A DNA stretch of 64,000 nucleotides, taken from the NCBI GenBank assembly GCA_964016885.1, contig OZ024742.1, positions 313,782,001 through 313,846,000 on the forward strand. Reading direction: 5' to 3'. This document shows, piece after piece, positions 27,585 through 41,206 of this stretch. Source of the stretch: Eledone cirrhosa. Its lineage: Eukaryota. The notes beneath the pieces were generated by a model. That model did not search any database. It saw only the letters and a list, made by a program, of their open reading frames with translations, and was not told where the DNA came from. The stretch's first letter is position 1; the number at the start of each line of letters is the position of its first letter. A program made the position numbers and the translations under genes.

Positions 27585-27910
27585 TATTTTATCAACCCCA
27601 TAAGGATGAAAAGCAAAGCTAACCTCGGCAGGATTTGAACTCAGACTGTAAAGGACCGTAACTCTATGCTGCAAAGCATTGTGTCCGACTCTATCGATAC
27701 TAGCAATCCACCGCCCCTTTACAAGTGTAAATAATTGTTTCTACTTTAGGTACAAGGCCACCAATTATCCCAGTGTATTACTGGTACTTTATTTTAACGA
27801 CCCCGTAAGGATGAAAGGCAGTTAACTTCGGCGGGTTTTGAACTCATAGCATAAAGGGCCGTAACTCTTTGCTGCAAAGCATGGCGTCCGACCCTCTACC
27901 GATACTGCCA
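27585..27910 (-). mobile_element. Two SINE family A copies
   Basis: About 27585-27718 and 27730-27910. Confidence 0.8.
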
Positions 27911-28217
27911 CTCCACGCCCTAGCATGGCGTCCGACCCTCTACCGATACTGTCACTCCACGCCCTAGCATGGCGTCCGACCCTCTACCGATACTGCCACT
28001 CCACGCCCAGCATGGCGTCCGACCCTCTACCGATACTGCCACTCCACGCCCTAGCATGGCGTCCGATCCTCTACCGATACTGCCAGTCCACCGCCCTAGC
28101 ATGGCGTCCGACCCTCTACCGATACTGCCAGTCCACCGCCCTAGCATGGCGTCCGACCCTCTACCGATACTGCCAGTCCACCGCCCTAGCATGGCGTCCG
28201 ACCCTCTACCGATACGC
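27880..28217. repeat. Minisatellite (~44 bp x ~8) made from the SINE A 5' head
   Basis: Unit CATGGCGTCCGACCCTCTACCGATACTGCCA(CT/GT)CCA(C)CGCCCTAG, continuous with the adjacent SINE. Confidence 0.9.
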
Positions 28218-28462
28218 CAGTCCAATAGTAACAATATCTGATTCTGACTGTTCAATTACCAATTTTCAACTTACATTCCTAATTCAGAAAATATTGACAG
28301 ACATAGTTAGCTGATGCGTTATATGGATTCGATTATCGAATTTTGCTCTCCGTGGTTTGAATAATGTTATTCGAGATCTTGGTTGTAAACAATATCTAGA
28401 ACTAAACTATCTAATTATTTTCCTCACATTGTCCAATTCCCATTGCCACGACTTCATTTTAA

Positions 28463-28653
28463 TAATGGTTTCTACTTTTGGCACAAGGCCAACAATTATC
28501 CCAGTGCATTACTGGTACTTTATTTTATCGACCCCGTAAGGATGAAAGGCAAAGTTAACCTCGGCGGGATTTGAACTCAGACCGTAAAGGGCCGTAACTC
28601 TATGCTGCAAACCATGGTTTCCGACTCTTCACCGATACTGCCAATCCACCGCC
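28463..28653 (-). mobile_element. SINE family A
   Basis: Full-length copy. Confidence 0.85.
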
Positions 28654-28654
28654 C

Positions 28655-29172
28655 TTGTTTATGTAAATGATGAACAGGTGAGGTGACAGTATGCATCCTT
28701 GGCGGAGCCCGACTGCCATATTGAATGTTTTCGATTTAGTGCCATTTTTTCGAACACACATAGTCAGGCATTCATATAGAGACATGAGGGTAGCAAGAAG
28801 CTCACCATCGATCCCATACTCCTACTGAACCTTTCACAGCAGGTCCCGAGGAATGCGGTCATATGCCTTTTCAAGGTCGACAAAACAAGAATATACCTTT
28901 TGGTAATACTTCCGCGATTTCTCGAAGACCCGCCGCAGTGTGAATATCTGGTCGGCTGTGCTGCGGCCGGAGCGAAAAGCACGCTCTTCATCAGCTAGCT
29001 TGGACTTGACAATCTCCCTACATCTCTTTGATAAGCACTTAGCATAGACTTTACCAGGGAGGCTTAACAAAGAGATCCCTCTATAATTGGAGCAATCTCT
29101 CTTGACTTCCTTTTTGAACATTGGGATTATCACTTCCGATTGCCCTTGCTTAGGTACCTTCCCAGAGATCCA
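28655..29172 (-). mobile_element. RTE-clade RT fragment
   Basis: CSNYRGISLLSLPGKVYAK, CFVDLEKAYDRIPR, GLRQGCILSP. Confidence 0.85.
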
Positions 29173-29680
29173 GGTCCAGCAAAAATTACGTATTAGGATT
29201 GGTGCTCTGAAATAGCGATGTATACATGAATTGCCGAAATATACATGATTTGCTGAAAAAAGAAGTAAGTGACATAGTCACTACTTTAAAAATGATAGCG
29301 CAAGGTCTTCAAAATGTTTTTAATTAAACATACAGTATATTGCCAAATATACTATACATACATTCATGTATACATCGCTATTTCAGAACACCAATCATAA
29401 TACCTAAGTTTTGCTGGACCGGCAATCACTCTGTATAATCAGCTCCTGATTATTACTGGAATTCTATAAGAATCCAGCCTCTATAATTTTCGGCAAAGTA
29501 CGTTGCTCTGAGGATCGCCAACAACGTGAAACAGACTCTGTTAGCTTCTCTCCCTTCTTTTGACGAAAAAAGAAGTAAGTGACATAGTCCCTACTTTAAA
29601 AATGATAGCGCAAGGTCTTCAAAATGTTTTTACTTAAACATACGGTATATTACCAAATATACTATACATACATTCATATA
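29173..29680 (+). mobile_element. PLE pLTR-like remnant with inverted + direct repeats and an HHR motif (29505-29545)
   Basis: Inverted 29173-29232/29361-29420; direct 29255-29368/29565-29678; GCT-CTGAGGA-TCG..CGT-GAAA-CAGACTCTG-TT-AGC. Confidence 0.6.
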
Positions 29681-29717
29681 CTTATATATTTATACATATA
29701 TACATACATATATATAT

Positions 29718-29768
<51 letters not shown>

Positions 29769-29784
29769 GATATATATATATATA

Positions 29785-30175
29785 TACGGTGGTTGCCAAC
29801 TCGTTTTCGAGTACAGCCACTACTTTATATCCATGTAGGAGAACCCCTACCGATGCGCTGAACGAATGTGACTTTTTAGTCCAGCCAGCGACTTGAAAAC
29901 TCTGGTAAAAACACTACACTTGTGACAATCATTGACACATAGTGCTGGGCCCATGGTACCATGTGACGACAAGTGCAGAGAGATCTCCAGATATAAAGCA
30001 ATGCCTGTGCCATGAAGCTTTTATAGTGAGAAAAGGCACTGCACAAAGCCAGTCCCACTCTCTTAACCAAGATGATATTTACCAAAAAGAAGAACAAGTC
30101 AACATCATTGGATACCATCAGGGTTGCAGGTGTTAAATCAGAGTTTTCCTTGTCCTAGAATTCTGCCTTGACAAA
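29785..30175 (-). mobile_element. Short LINE-3'-derived element (C2H2-ending, RTE-like tail), same family as 34395-35060
   Basis: High identity to 34395-34790 in reverse orientation; ends in a small hairpin abutting (TA)n. Confidence 0.7.
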
Positions 30176-30188
30176 GGCTAAGGGGTCA

Positions 30189-30287
<99 letters not shown>

Positions 30288-30320
30288 GATAGATATATAT
30301 ATATAGATATATATATATAA

Positions 30321-30509
30321 GAGAAAGTATGACCCCGAGTCAGAGCTCAAGCCGTTTCGACGGCTATTTCTGGACAGAAATAGCCGTCGAAACGGCTTGA
30401 GCTCTGCCGTCGGGGTCATACTTTCTCCTATTACCCACTCTACTACCCTAAGTATTGAGTACTCTGGTGCGTTATGGTCCATCTGGTTCCTTACCACAAC
30501 TCCTTCGTT
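30321..30509. mobile_element. Fold-back PLE pLTR fragment (family of 43488-43680 and 47500-48905)
   Basis: Hairpin arms 30321-30370/30377-30427 containing the HHR 3' half GAAACGGC..GCCGTC-GGGGT. Confidence 0.75.
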
Positions 30510-30697
30510 GAAAGCAGCGATTCTTTGCTTAAACTTTAATCTGTTATTTTAATAAATATTTGCTCTACGGTTCTTATTTGATATATATATTTATCCTTAT
30601 CGAGCCCTCTTTGGATTTTAGTCTTCAAATTTATTATTATTACTGTATATACATATATATATATACATATATATATATACATATATATATACATATA

Positions 30698-30840
<143 letters not shown>

Positions 30841-30919
30841 ATATATATATATATGTATATGTATGTATATATATATATATATATATACATATATATACAT
30901 ATATATATATACATATATA

Positions 30920-32494
30920 ACTTTGAATAACTTTGAAATGTTTTGGCCAGTATTGGCCCAGGCCATGTCTAACTTAATAGCACCACCTGGCGAAGTCTTT
31001 CAATTCAGGATTTGGGCACCATGGCCCATTCGAGAAGAGAATTACTGTTTGCGGAGACATATCCGGCTGTGGGTGGTTTGTCCGGGATTACTTGGAGGAA
31101 TTTGTCCAAAGACTTCTTGAATTTTGTGTGGTCAGTTTCTGTTTTGACGTGTCCTGGTGTGATGTTGAAGAGAGCAGGGCCGATTGAGGTGAAATAATTG
31201 TGCCGTATTGTTGTTATGAGTTGCGATTTAGATTTTTGAATGGGACGGATAGCACGGGGCCCAAGCCTTGGATGTATCTTGAAGGCGATGCCAACATCAT
31301 TTGGGCAGTGATGATGGAACATTTTCCACATCATGCAGATAATATAACGCTCACGGCGACGTTGGAGTGAGTAAAGTTTCAGGTTTTCTAATCGACCCCA
31401 GTAGTCAAGGTCTGACATGCCATCTATCTTTTTCGTGATTGCCCTTTGAGGAGCTTCAAGTTTCATGATACTTTGTTTCGTGTGGGGAGACCACAGTGGA
31501 CAACAGTATTCAAGGTGTGGTCGGGCAAAAGTAGAGAAGAGAAGGATAATGGTGCGGGAATCTCTCGACTGGAAGGTTCTGAGGATCCAGGAACACATTC
31601 TGCGGGCCATGTCAACTTTGCTGCTTATATGCGTGGTCCAGCTTATGTTTCTGTCCACGGTTACTCCCAAGTCTCTGATGTTGTTAGATGCCACGAGAGT
31701 TTCCCCGGAGGGAAGGGAGTACGGGAGTTTCAGAGCATCCTCTTTTCCAAAGTGGATCAGTTCGAATTTGTCTTCGTTCAGTAACATGTTGTTCTTTTCC
31801 GCCCATTGGGTAACAGCCAGTAGGTCTGACTGAAGGCTTATCCGGTCATCCACGCCATTGATGACCTTTTGGAGCTTGGAATCATCAGCGAAAATTTTAA
31901 TGTTGCTGTGTTTGATGATGTCAGTGATGTCATTAATATAGATGATGAAGAGAAGTGGGCCCAACACAGTGCCTTGTGGGACCCCACTACTGACTTTGGC
32001 TGGGCTGGATTTGACTCCCTCAACTACAACATGTTGGGTTCTGTTTGACAGGAAGCTCTTGATCCACTGCAGCAGCTTTCCAGTGACACCAATATTGGAC
32101 AGCTTTCTCAGTAGAATGTTATGATCAACCCTGTCAAAGGCCTTGCTGAAATCAAGGTAGATAACATCAGTGTTGGAACCCTCTCCCAAGGCTCTCAAAA
32201 TGTCATCAAAGTGATGCAGTAGCTGCGTCAGGCAATCCCTTCCATTACGGAATCCATGCTGGTTGGAGTTCAGCATATTGTTACTCTCAAGGAAGTGGGT
32301 CATTCGCGATCTCACCACTCTCTCAAATACCTTAATGATATGAGAGGTGAGTGAGATTGGACGGTAATTCACGGCAAGGGATTTGTTTCCCTTTTTGAAA
32401 ACTGGGACAACAGACTGGGATAGAAGGTTTTCTGGCACATATCCAGCATCCAGTGAGTTCCGCCACAGATTGGCAAGAGGAGATGCAAGTTGGT
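30920..32494 (-). mobile_element. CR1-clade LINE, 5'-truncated, uninterrupted RT ORF (31005-32494)
   Basis: [51 protein letters not shown]; both ends in (TA)n. Confidence 0.92.
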
Positions 32495-32504
32495 GTATAT
32501 ATAT

Positions 32505-32622
<118 letters not shown>

Positions 32623-32647
32623 ATATATATATATATGTATATATATG

Positions 32648-32704
<57 letters not shown>

Positions 32705-33242
32705 CGTTTCTGAATTTGTTTGGCAAGATTCTTTATCTGAAATCGTGTGTTGAAACCGATATTGTTAAACTTTGGGAGGGTCATGTTGCCAATAAGAAAC
32801 ACACGCACCAGTTGCTTTCACTTCAATTTATTATATATTTATAAATTTACAAGTTTATAAATTTATAAATTTCTGGTTGGTTGGTTGGTTCCACAACCAG
32901 ATAGTTGTTTATATATAGTCATAGTCCTTTCGTCACACTCTGTGACCTCTTCAGTGACTGGGGATTCCTTTCTTTGTTTCTGTGCCTCTCCTATGTTCTG
33001 TCCTACGCCATTTTGTTTCTGTGTGTGTGTTGTGTGCTCAGTCTGCGCATGCGCCACATCCGGGTGTCTGTGTGTGTTTATGTTCATTTATCTATTTGTT
33101 TATTTATTTACTTATTTACATGTTACTGGTTGGTTGTTTGTTCTATGTGTGTGTGTGTTTTCATTTTGTCCTTAATTGTAAGTTGTGATGTTGCTGTTCC
33201 ACTCATATTTTCTATTTAATTTTGGTTGTAATTCTTTTATGT

Positions 33243-34395
33243 TTATTCCTCTGTAATTTGTCTAAACATTGCATCTTTTCTGTGTGTAGATTCTATTTTT
33301 ATTTCTATGTTCTCTAATTTACCCTTGTGTTCTATCTTAGCATGTTGGTAGAGTACAGATGATTCTTTATTATCTTGAAGGTCTCGCCAGTGTTCATTTA
33401 TCCGTTCCCCTATACTACGAGCTGTCTCACCTATGTACACTATATTTTTGTCTCTACATTGTCCTTCAGTACATCTTATGCTATACACTACATTTCTAGT
33501 TTTACAGTTAATATGGGGGCTTATTTTACAGGTTATACATTTCTTATCTATACATGAGAGTCTTTGAAAAGGGTATGTCTTGCTAATAAGTGTTTTTACG
33601 GAGGTACCTGGTCTTTCTACTATCTTAATATTGAGTTTATGTTTATTTAGGGCCCTTCTAAATTTGTAGGCTAGTTCGCCTCTAGGGGTTGTATCGATGA
33701 ACATTACACTCTGGTATTTATTGCTATCATACCATGAGTTTATTCTATTAGCCTTGTTCCTAGTTCTTTCTATTCTATTCCAAAATTTGCTCCTATACAA
33801 GGGGCAGGTCCCATTTATGTCATTATTTACCATTTTTTCCCATTTGGTTCTGGCTCCTCTATACACTCTGATTCTATCTCTCTGATTGTAGCCAGAGAAC
33901 TGCATACGGTGGATGAAGTGTTGTATGTGTCTCTCTAGTTCTTCGGGGTTGCACATGCGGGACACATTTCTCATCACCCGTACCAAATCCGCAATCAGTA
34001 TGTTGATTTTGGTATGGTCCGAAATGGCCGAGTTTCGGTGGATCAGATGTTTGGAAGTCATGGGTTTGGCATAATGGGAATGGAGGATTTGTTTTTTGTT
34101 GTTAATGGTATCTAACCAGAGCTCTGTGTCTAGTACAGGTAATCGATGGTTGGGGTGTCTACTTGGGTAGTCTATAGTAACTCTAATGCTCTGGTGGATG
34201 GAGTTTGCTATTTGCTGGATGCTTTCCATTGTGTTTTTCTCTAGTTCCTGACTGTTCTCTAGTGGGGGTGTCTTAACTACGATGTTTATATCATCTACGT
34301 AGCGGGAGTACATTATCAGGGTTAAGGGGTCTTCTAATTGTTCTTTAAGTTTAAGTTTAAGTCTACTGTCCCACCATACCATGAATAAGTTAGCT
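33243..34395 (-). mobile_element. Penelope-like element ORF fragment (RT C-terminus, Cys linker, GIY-YIG endonuclease)
   Basis: YSRYVDD, LPVLD, HYAKP, CIDKKCITC, NVVYSIRC...VYIGETARSIGERINEH. Confidence 0.9.
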
Positions 34396-34782
34396 ATGTC
34401 AAGGCAGAATTCTAGGAGAAGGAAAACTCTGATATAAGACCTGCAACCCTGATGGTATCCAATGATGTTGACTTGTTCTTCTTTTTGGTAAATATCATCT
34501 TGGTTAAGAGAGTGGGACTGGCTTTGTGCAGTGCCTTTTCTCACTATAAAAGCTTCACGGCACAGGCATTGCTTTATATCTGGAGATCTCTCTGCACTTG
34601 TCGTCACATAGTACCATGGGCCCAGCACTATGTGTCAATAATTGTCACAAGTGTAGTGTTTGTACCAGAGTTTTCAAGTCGCTGGCTGGACTAAAAAGTC
34701 ACACTCGTTCAGCGCATCGGTTGGGGTTCTCCTACATGGATATAAAGTAGTGGCCGTACTCGAAAACGAGTTGGCAGCCACC

Positions 34783-34817
<35 letters not shown>

Positions 34818-35055
34818 TGTATGTATGTATGTATGTATGTATGTATGTATGTATGTATGTATGTATGTATATCTTGTCGCCACATGGTACCATGGGCCCA
34901 GCACTATGTATCAATAATTGTCACAAGTGTAGTGTTTGTACCAGAGTTCTCAAGTCGCTGGCTGGACTAAAAAGTCACACTCGTTCAGCGCATCGGTAGG
35001 GGTTCTCCTACATGGATATAAAGTAGTGGCCGTACTCGAAGACGAGTTGGCAGCC

Positions 35056-35060
<5 letters not shown>
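34395..35060 (+). mobile_element. Two stacked copies of a short C2H2-ending LINE-3' element separated by (GTAT)n
   Basis: CSVCTRV(F/L)KSLAGLKSHTRSAH zinc finger followed by a short UTR hairpin CTCGAAAACGAG; copies 34395-34790 and 34872-35060. Confidence 0.65.
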
Positions 35061-35119
<59 letters not shown>

Positions 35120-35236
35120 TTTTCATATAGTATAGCAGTTGCAGTATTGATTAGTTCCTTATCAGTAGGAACTAGGAAATATAAATATTGTAGAGGTCAG
35201 GGAAAATATTAACAATTCCGAGAAACATCACAACAC

Positions 35237-37552
35237 TACTGGTGATAGTGGTGGTGGTGGTGGTGGTGTAGATGGTGGTGTTGGTGATGATAATGGTGAT
35301 TGTGGTGGTGGTGGTGGTGTAGATGGTGGTGTTGGTGATGATAATGGTGATAGTGGTGGTGGTGGTGGTGGTGTAGATGGTGGTGTTGGTGATGATAATG
35401 GTGATTGTGGTGGTGGTGGTGGTGTAGATGGTGGTGTTGGTGATGATAATGGTGATAGTGGTGGTGGTGGTGGTGGTGTAGATGGTGGTGTTGGTGATGA
35501 TAATGGTGATTGTGGTGGTGGTGGTGGTGTAGATGGTGGTGTTGGTGATGATAATGGTGATAGTGGTGGTGGTGGTGGTGGTGTAGATGGTGGTGTTGGT
35601 GATGATAATGGTGATTGTGGTGGTGGTGGTGTAGATGGTGGTGTTGGTGATGATAATGGTGATTGTGGTGGTGGTGGTGGTGGTGGTGTAGATGGTGGTG
35701 TTGGTGATGATAATGGTGATTGTGGTGGTGGTGGTGGTGGTGGTGTAGATGGTGGTGTTGGTGATGATAATGGTGATTGTGGTGGTGGTGGTGGTGGTGG
35801 TGTAGATGGTGGTGTTGGTGATGATAATGGCGATTGTGGTAGTGGTGGTGGTGGTGGTGTAGATGGTGGTGTTGGTGATGATAATGATGATTGTGGTGGT
35901 GGTGGTGGTGGTGGTGGTGGTGTAGATGGTGGTGTTGGTGATGATAATGGTGATTGTGGTGGTGGTGGTGGTGGTGGTGGTGTAGATGGTGGTGTTGGTG
36001 ATGATAATGGTGATTGTGGTGGTGGTGGTGGTGGTGGTGTAGATGGTGGTGTTGGTGATGATAATGGTGATTGTGGTGGTGGTGGTGGTGGTATAGATGG
36101 TGGTGTTGGTGATGATAATGGTGATTGTGGTGGTGGTGGTGTAGATGGTGGTGTTGGTGATGATAATGGTGATTGTGGTGGTGGTGGTGGTGGTGGTGTA
36201 GATGGTGGTGTTGGTGATGATAATGGTGATTGTGGTGGTGGTGTTGGTGGTGTTGGTGGTGTTGGTGATGATAATGGCGATTGTGGTAGTGGTGGTGGTG
36301 GTGGTGTAGATGGTGGTGTTGGTGATGATAATGGCGATTGTGGTAGTGGTGGTGGTGGTGGTGTAGATGGTGGTGTTGGTGATGATAATGATGATTGTGG
36401 TGGTGGTGGTGGTGGTGGTGGTGGTGTAGATGGTGGTGTTGGTGATGATAATGGTGATTGTGGTGGTGGTGGTGGTGGTGGTGGTGTAGATGGTGGTGTT
36501 GGTGATGATAATGGTGATTGTGGTGGTGGTGGTGGTGGTGGTGTAGATGGTGGTGTTGGTGATGATAATGGTGATTGCGGTGGTGGTGGTGGTGGTGGTG
36601 TAGATGGTGGTGTTGGTGATGATAATGGTGATTGTGGTGGTGGTGGTGTAGATGGTGGTGTTGGTGGTGGTGGTGGTGTAGATGGTGGTGTTGGTGATGA
36701 TAATGGTGATTGTGGTGGTGGTGGTGGTGGTGGTGTAGATGGTGGTGTTGGTGATGATAATGGTGATTGTGGTGGGGTGGTGGTGGTGGTGGTGTAGATG
36801 GTGGTGTTGGTGATGATAATGGTGATTGTGGTAGTGGTGGTGGTGGTGGTGTAGATGGTAGTGTTGGTGATGATAATGGTGATTGTGGTGGTGGTGGTGG
36901 TGGTATAGATGGTGGTGTTGGTGATGATAATGGTGATTGTGGTGGTGGTGGTGTAGATGGTGGTGTTGGTGATGATAATGGTGATTGTGGTTGTGGTGGT
37001 GGTGGTGGTGTAGATGGTGGTGTTGGTGATGATAATGGTGGTGGTGGAGGGGGGGGGGGGGGTGGTGGTGGTGGTGTTGGTGATGTTGATAGTGGGATGA
37101 TGATGACGATGTCGAGGATGATAGCTGAGGTGATAACAATGATGATGATGATGATGGGGGTGGTGAAGATGATGTTGATGGTAGTTATGGTGATGATAAT
37201 TATGACGATCATAAGGATGGCGATGATGGTGCTGGTGGTGGTGATGATGGTGGTGGTGGTGGTGGTGGTGGTGGTGTAGATGGTGGTGTTGGTGATGATA
37301 ATGGTGGTGGTGGTGGTGGTGGTGGTGGTGGTGATGGTGGTAGTGGTGGTGGTGATGATGATGGTGGTGGTGTTGATGGTGGTGGTGGGGTGATGATGAT
37401 GATGGTGGTGGTGGTGGTGATGATGGTGATGGTGGTGGTGGTGGTGATGATGATGATGTTGATGGTAGTCATGGTGGTGATAATTATGATGATGATAAGG
37501 ATGGTGATGATGGTGGTGGTGGTGGTGATGGTGATGGTGGTGGTGGTGGTGG

Positions 37553-37586
<34 letters not shown>

Positions 37587-37777
37587 GATGATGATGATGT
37601 TGATGGTGGTGGTGGTGGTGTAGATGATGATGTTGATGGTAGTCATGGTGGTGGTGGTGGTGGTGATGATGATGATGATGATGGCGGTGGTGGTGGTGAT
37701 GATGATGATGTTGATGGTGGTGGTGGTGGTGTAGATGATGATGTTGATGGTAGTCATGGTGGTGGTGGTGGTGGTGG

Positions 37778-37808
<31 letters not shown>

Positions 37809-38097
37809 GATGATGATGATGATGTTGATGGTAGTCATGGTGGTGATAATTATGATGATGATAAGGACGGTGATGGTGCTTATGGCAGTTGTGATGGTGG
37901 TGATAGTGATGTAGATGGTGATGATGTCTAAAGTAGCTGCGATGGTGGCGATCATAATTATCCTGACGACAACAATGATAACGATGCTGATGAGAATAAT
38001 TACAATAATAGTTGTGATAATGATAATAATATTGTAGATGAGTATGTTGGTGATGATGATGATGAATTTGATATGATGGTGATGGTGATAACGACAA
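35237..38097. repeat. Complex GGT/GAT satellite
   Basis: Unit GTAGATGGTGGTGTTGGTGATGATAATGGTGATTGT(GGT)n decaying into mixed GGT/GAT triplets. Confidence 0.95.
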
Positions 38098-38281
38098 TAA
38101 TAATTGTTTCTACTTTAGGCACAAGGCCAGCAATTACCCAGTACATTACTGGTACTTTATTTTATCGACCCAGTAAGGATGAAAGGCAAAGTTAACCTCG
38201 GCGGGATTTGAACTCAGATCATAAAGGGACGTAACTCTATGCTTCAAAGCATGGTGTCCGACCCTCTACCGATACTGCCAA
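38098..38281 (-). mobile_element. SINE family A
   Basis: Near full-length copy inserted within the triplet satellite. Confidence 0.85.
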
Positions 38282-38653
38282 TACAATAATAATAGTGATT
38301 GGGGTGAGGGTGATGATGATGGTGGTGATGATGGTGATGGTGATGATGATGATGACGACGACGACGACGACGACGACGATGATGACGACGATGATGATGA
38401 TGATGATGATGATGATGACGGTGATGATGATGATGACGACGATGATGATGATGACGATAATGATGATGACGATGACGATGATAATGATGATAATGATGAT
38501 GATGATGATAGAACTTCAATGATATTGAAGTTAGCGAAATTATCGAACGATAACACAGACTAAGAAACGTACAATGAATAATGAATATTAAACGATATAT
38601 TTGAAGTTGATATATGTTTACGCTATAACAACAGTATATACATACATATATAT

Positions 38654-38717
<64 letters not shown>

Positions 38718-39033
38718 TTCAAGAGTAACCAATCTTAGAGAGAGAGGTCGCGATAGGTGAGGAGATAGGAGAGGAGAGATTGGTGAATTAGTTAGAAGCC
38801 AAAGCGTAAAGGCTCAATGTGCAATATGCAGTGGAAAGCAGCTATGTGGCTGGGTTCATGCAGAAGTTAGGCGCGCAGAGCTGGAAATATTCATGAGTTA
38901 ATCAAAACAAGACCACAAATTTCACAAGGAAGACATTATTAAAAGATTGTCAACATATTTTAGTTTGATGTAAGGAATGTAGAGAATAATAATAATAATA
39001 ATATTAATAATAATAATATTAATAATAATAATA

Positions 39034-40128
39034 ATGGATAGGAAGACTAGGAAGATATTGACTATCTACAACATGTTCCACAAGAGGAGTGATGTCGATA
39101 GACTCTACTTAAGGAGATCTGAAGATGGAAGAGGTCTTATTAGTATAGAGGACTGTGTTCAGATGGTGAAAAACAACCTACACAAATACGTGACTGATAG
39201 TAAGGAGCCAATGCTCAGAATTGTACTGAAGGAGAGGACAATAAACCAGGGGATGTCCAAGGAGGAAATAACAACAAGGAGAAAGAGCAGCCTTCATGAA
39301 AAATCCCTTCATAGTACCTTCTTTGAGAAAACTGAATTCAGAGATCCACAGACATGGAACTGGTTGAAAAGAGGAGACCTTAAAAAGGCTACAGAAGGAA
39401 TGCTAATGGCTGCGCAAGAGCAGGCCCTCAAAACGAAGTGGTTGAAACACCATATTTACAAGGAGGAGGCTAGCCCACTGTGCAGGATCTGTGGAGAGAG
39501 AGAGGAGACAGTGGCTCACATTGTATCCGAGTGTAAACACCTAGCCCAGACTCACTATAAGGGCTGGAGACATGATGTGATAGGGTGATCCACTGGCAAC
39601 TATGCAAAGTAAACAATTTACCACATTCTGAGAAGTGGTATGAGCATAAGCCAGAGTAGGTGATAGAAAACGATCAGGTGAAGGTGCTGTGGGATTTTAG
39701 GATACAGACGGACAAAAAACTGGAACACAATAGACCTGACCTGGTGGTTTTGGACAAGGAAAAAAGATCGTGCCTGATTGTGGATGTGGCCTGCCCATTC
39801 GACACGAGAGTGTAAGAGAAGGAGAGGGAGAAAATTAACCGATACCAGGACTTAAAGTGGGAGGTAAAAAGGATTTGGAACTGCCATGAAGTCAAAGTGG
39901 TCCCGATTGTCATAGGCGTACTAGGTACTATCTCAAAAAGTTTCCAGGGATGGTTTAAGAAAATTGGCCCCGCCACGCTTTTTGGAACGCTTCAAAATGC
40001 ATGCTTGCTAGGAACAGCAAGAACCTTCCGATACATCCTGAATATCTGAGGCTGTAGGTAGTGGCTTGATATTCATTTCAACAAACTTTCCAGTTAACTA
40101 ACATCAATGACTGAGACTCAAAGAACAA
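39034..40128 (+). mobile_element. R4/Dong-like RLE LINE 3' fragment inserted in (AAT)n
   Basis: RLYLRRSEDGRGL, CRICGEREETVAHIVSEC, KVLWDFRIQTD..HNRPDLVV...DVACPFD..EKINRY (restriction-like endonuclease); flanked by AAT repeats. Confidence 0.85.
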
Positions 40129-40272
40129 TAATAATATTATTATTATTATTCTCTACATTCCTTACACCAAACTAAAATATGTTGACAATCTTTTAATAAT
40201 GTCTTCCTTGTGAAATTTGTGGTCTTGTTTTGCTTAACTAATGAATATATATATATATATATATAAATAGGT

Positions 40273-40315
<43 letters not shown>

Positions 40316-40757
40316 TATAGAGAAAAATACTGCGGGTAGCACATGGATAACATGTAATAAAATAAGTCCCTCATCAGTGATTTGCCGAAGATCATAGATA
40401 TTTCATTGCATTAAAAATCATATATCTCACTTCGGTGCAATAATAACCAAAATAAGTTATTAGTACAATTAAAACGCGTAAAGCGAGTGAGACAGGAGAA
40501 CAACAGAAAATATAGCATACCGTAGGGGAGAAACAAGCTTCAAAAATTATTCTGTTTAGCATAAGCTAGGTGAATATATGAGCGCTTAGAGAATAGAACC
40601 TACACGAACGAGGGCTATGAGCAGAGATACATATATATATATACATTGTCTTTAAAGCGTTGAAATATTCGAGACCCCCAGTACACAACTGATGAGGAAA
40701 ACTCAGCCCATCCCCGCGTCCTTGCTTTCTTCTTCTTATTCTCATTCCATTTTTAAG

Positions 40758-40829
<72 letters not shown>

Positions 40830-40890
40830 GAAGTATTTCCGTAGGAAAGGTAAAGGAAAAGAGAATGCTCTATGTAATCTACAGAGCTTT

Positions 40891-41206
40891 ATAGTTATGT
40901 AATAAACAACATAAGATAATTATTTCATTTACCAAAGGTTTCACGAAGACAGACGAGCTTGGCACATACGTCTGCCATCAATCGTCAGAACGAAATAAAT
41001 TTTATTGAAATGGAAGTGAGGTATGGATTTCAAAACAGAGTCTAGGATAAATGAAAGTGAGGCTGAAATAAAATTGTATTTTATTTCAGCCTCACTTTAT
41101 AAAATTTATTTCGTTCTGACGATTGAAGGCAGCCGTATGTGCCAAGCTCGCCTGTCTTCGTGAAACCTTTGGTAAATGAAATAATTATCTTATGTTGTTT
41201 ATTACA

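Noticed and set aside
32701-32770. Possible HHR downstream of the PLE ORF
   Set aside because: GAAAC..GTT and a GTTT/AAAC stem are present, but no CTGANGA core or helix II
35172-38097. 655-aa and 953-aa poly-Thr/His ORFs
   Set aside because: Products of a stop-free triplet satellite, open in several frames, with no domain content
40320-40440. HHR on the minus strand (CTGATGAGGG...)
   Set aside because: GAAA half is missing; treated only as a decayed pLTR remnant, as are about 11190 and 46885
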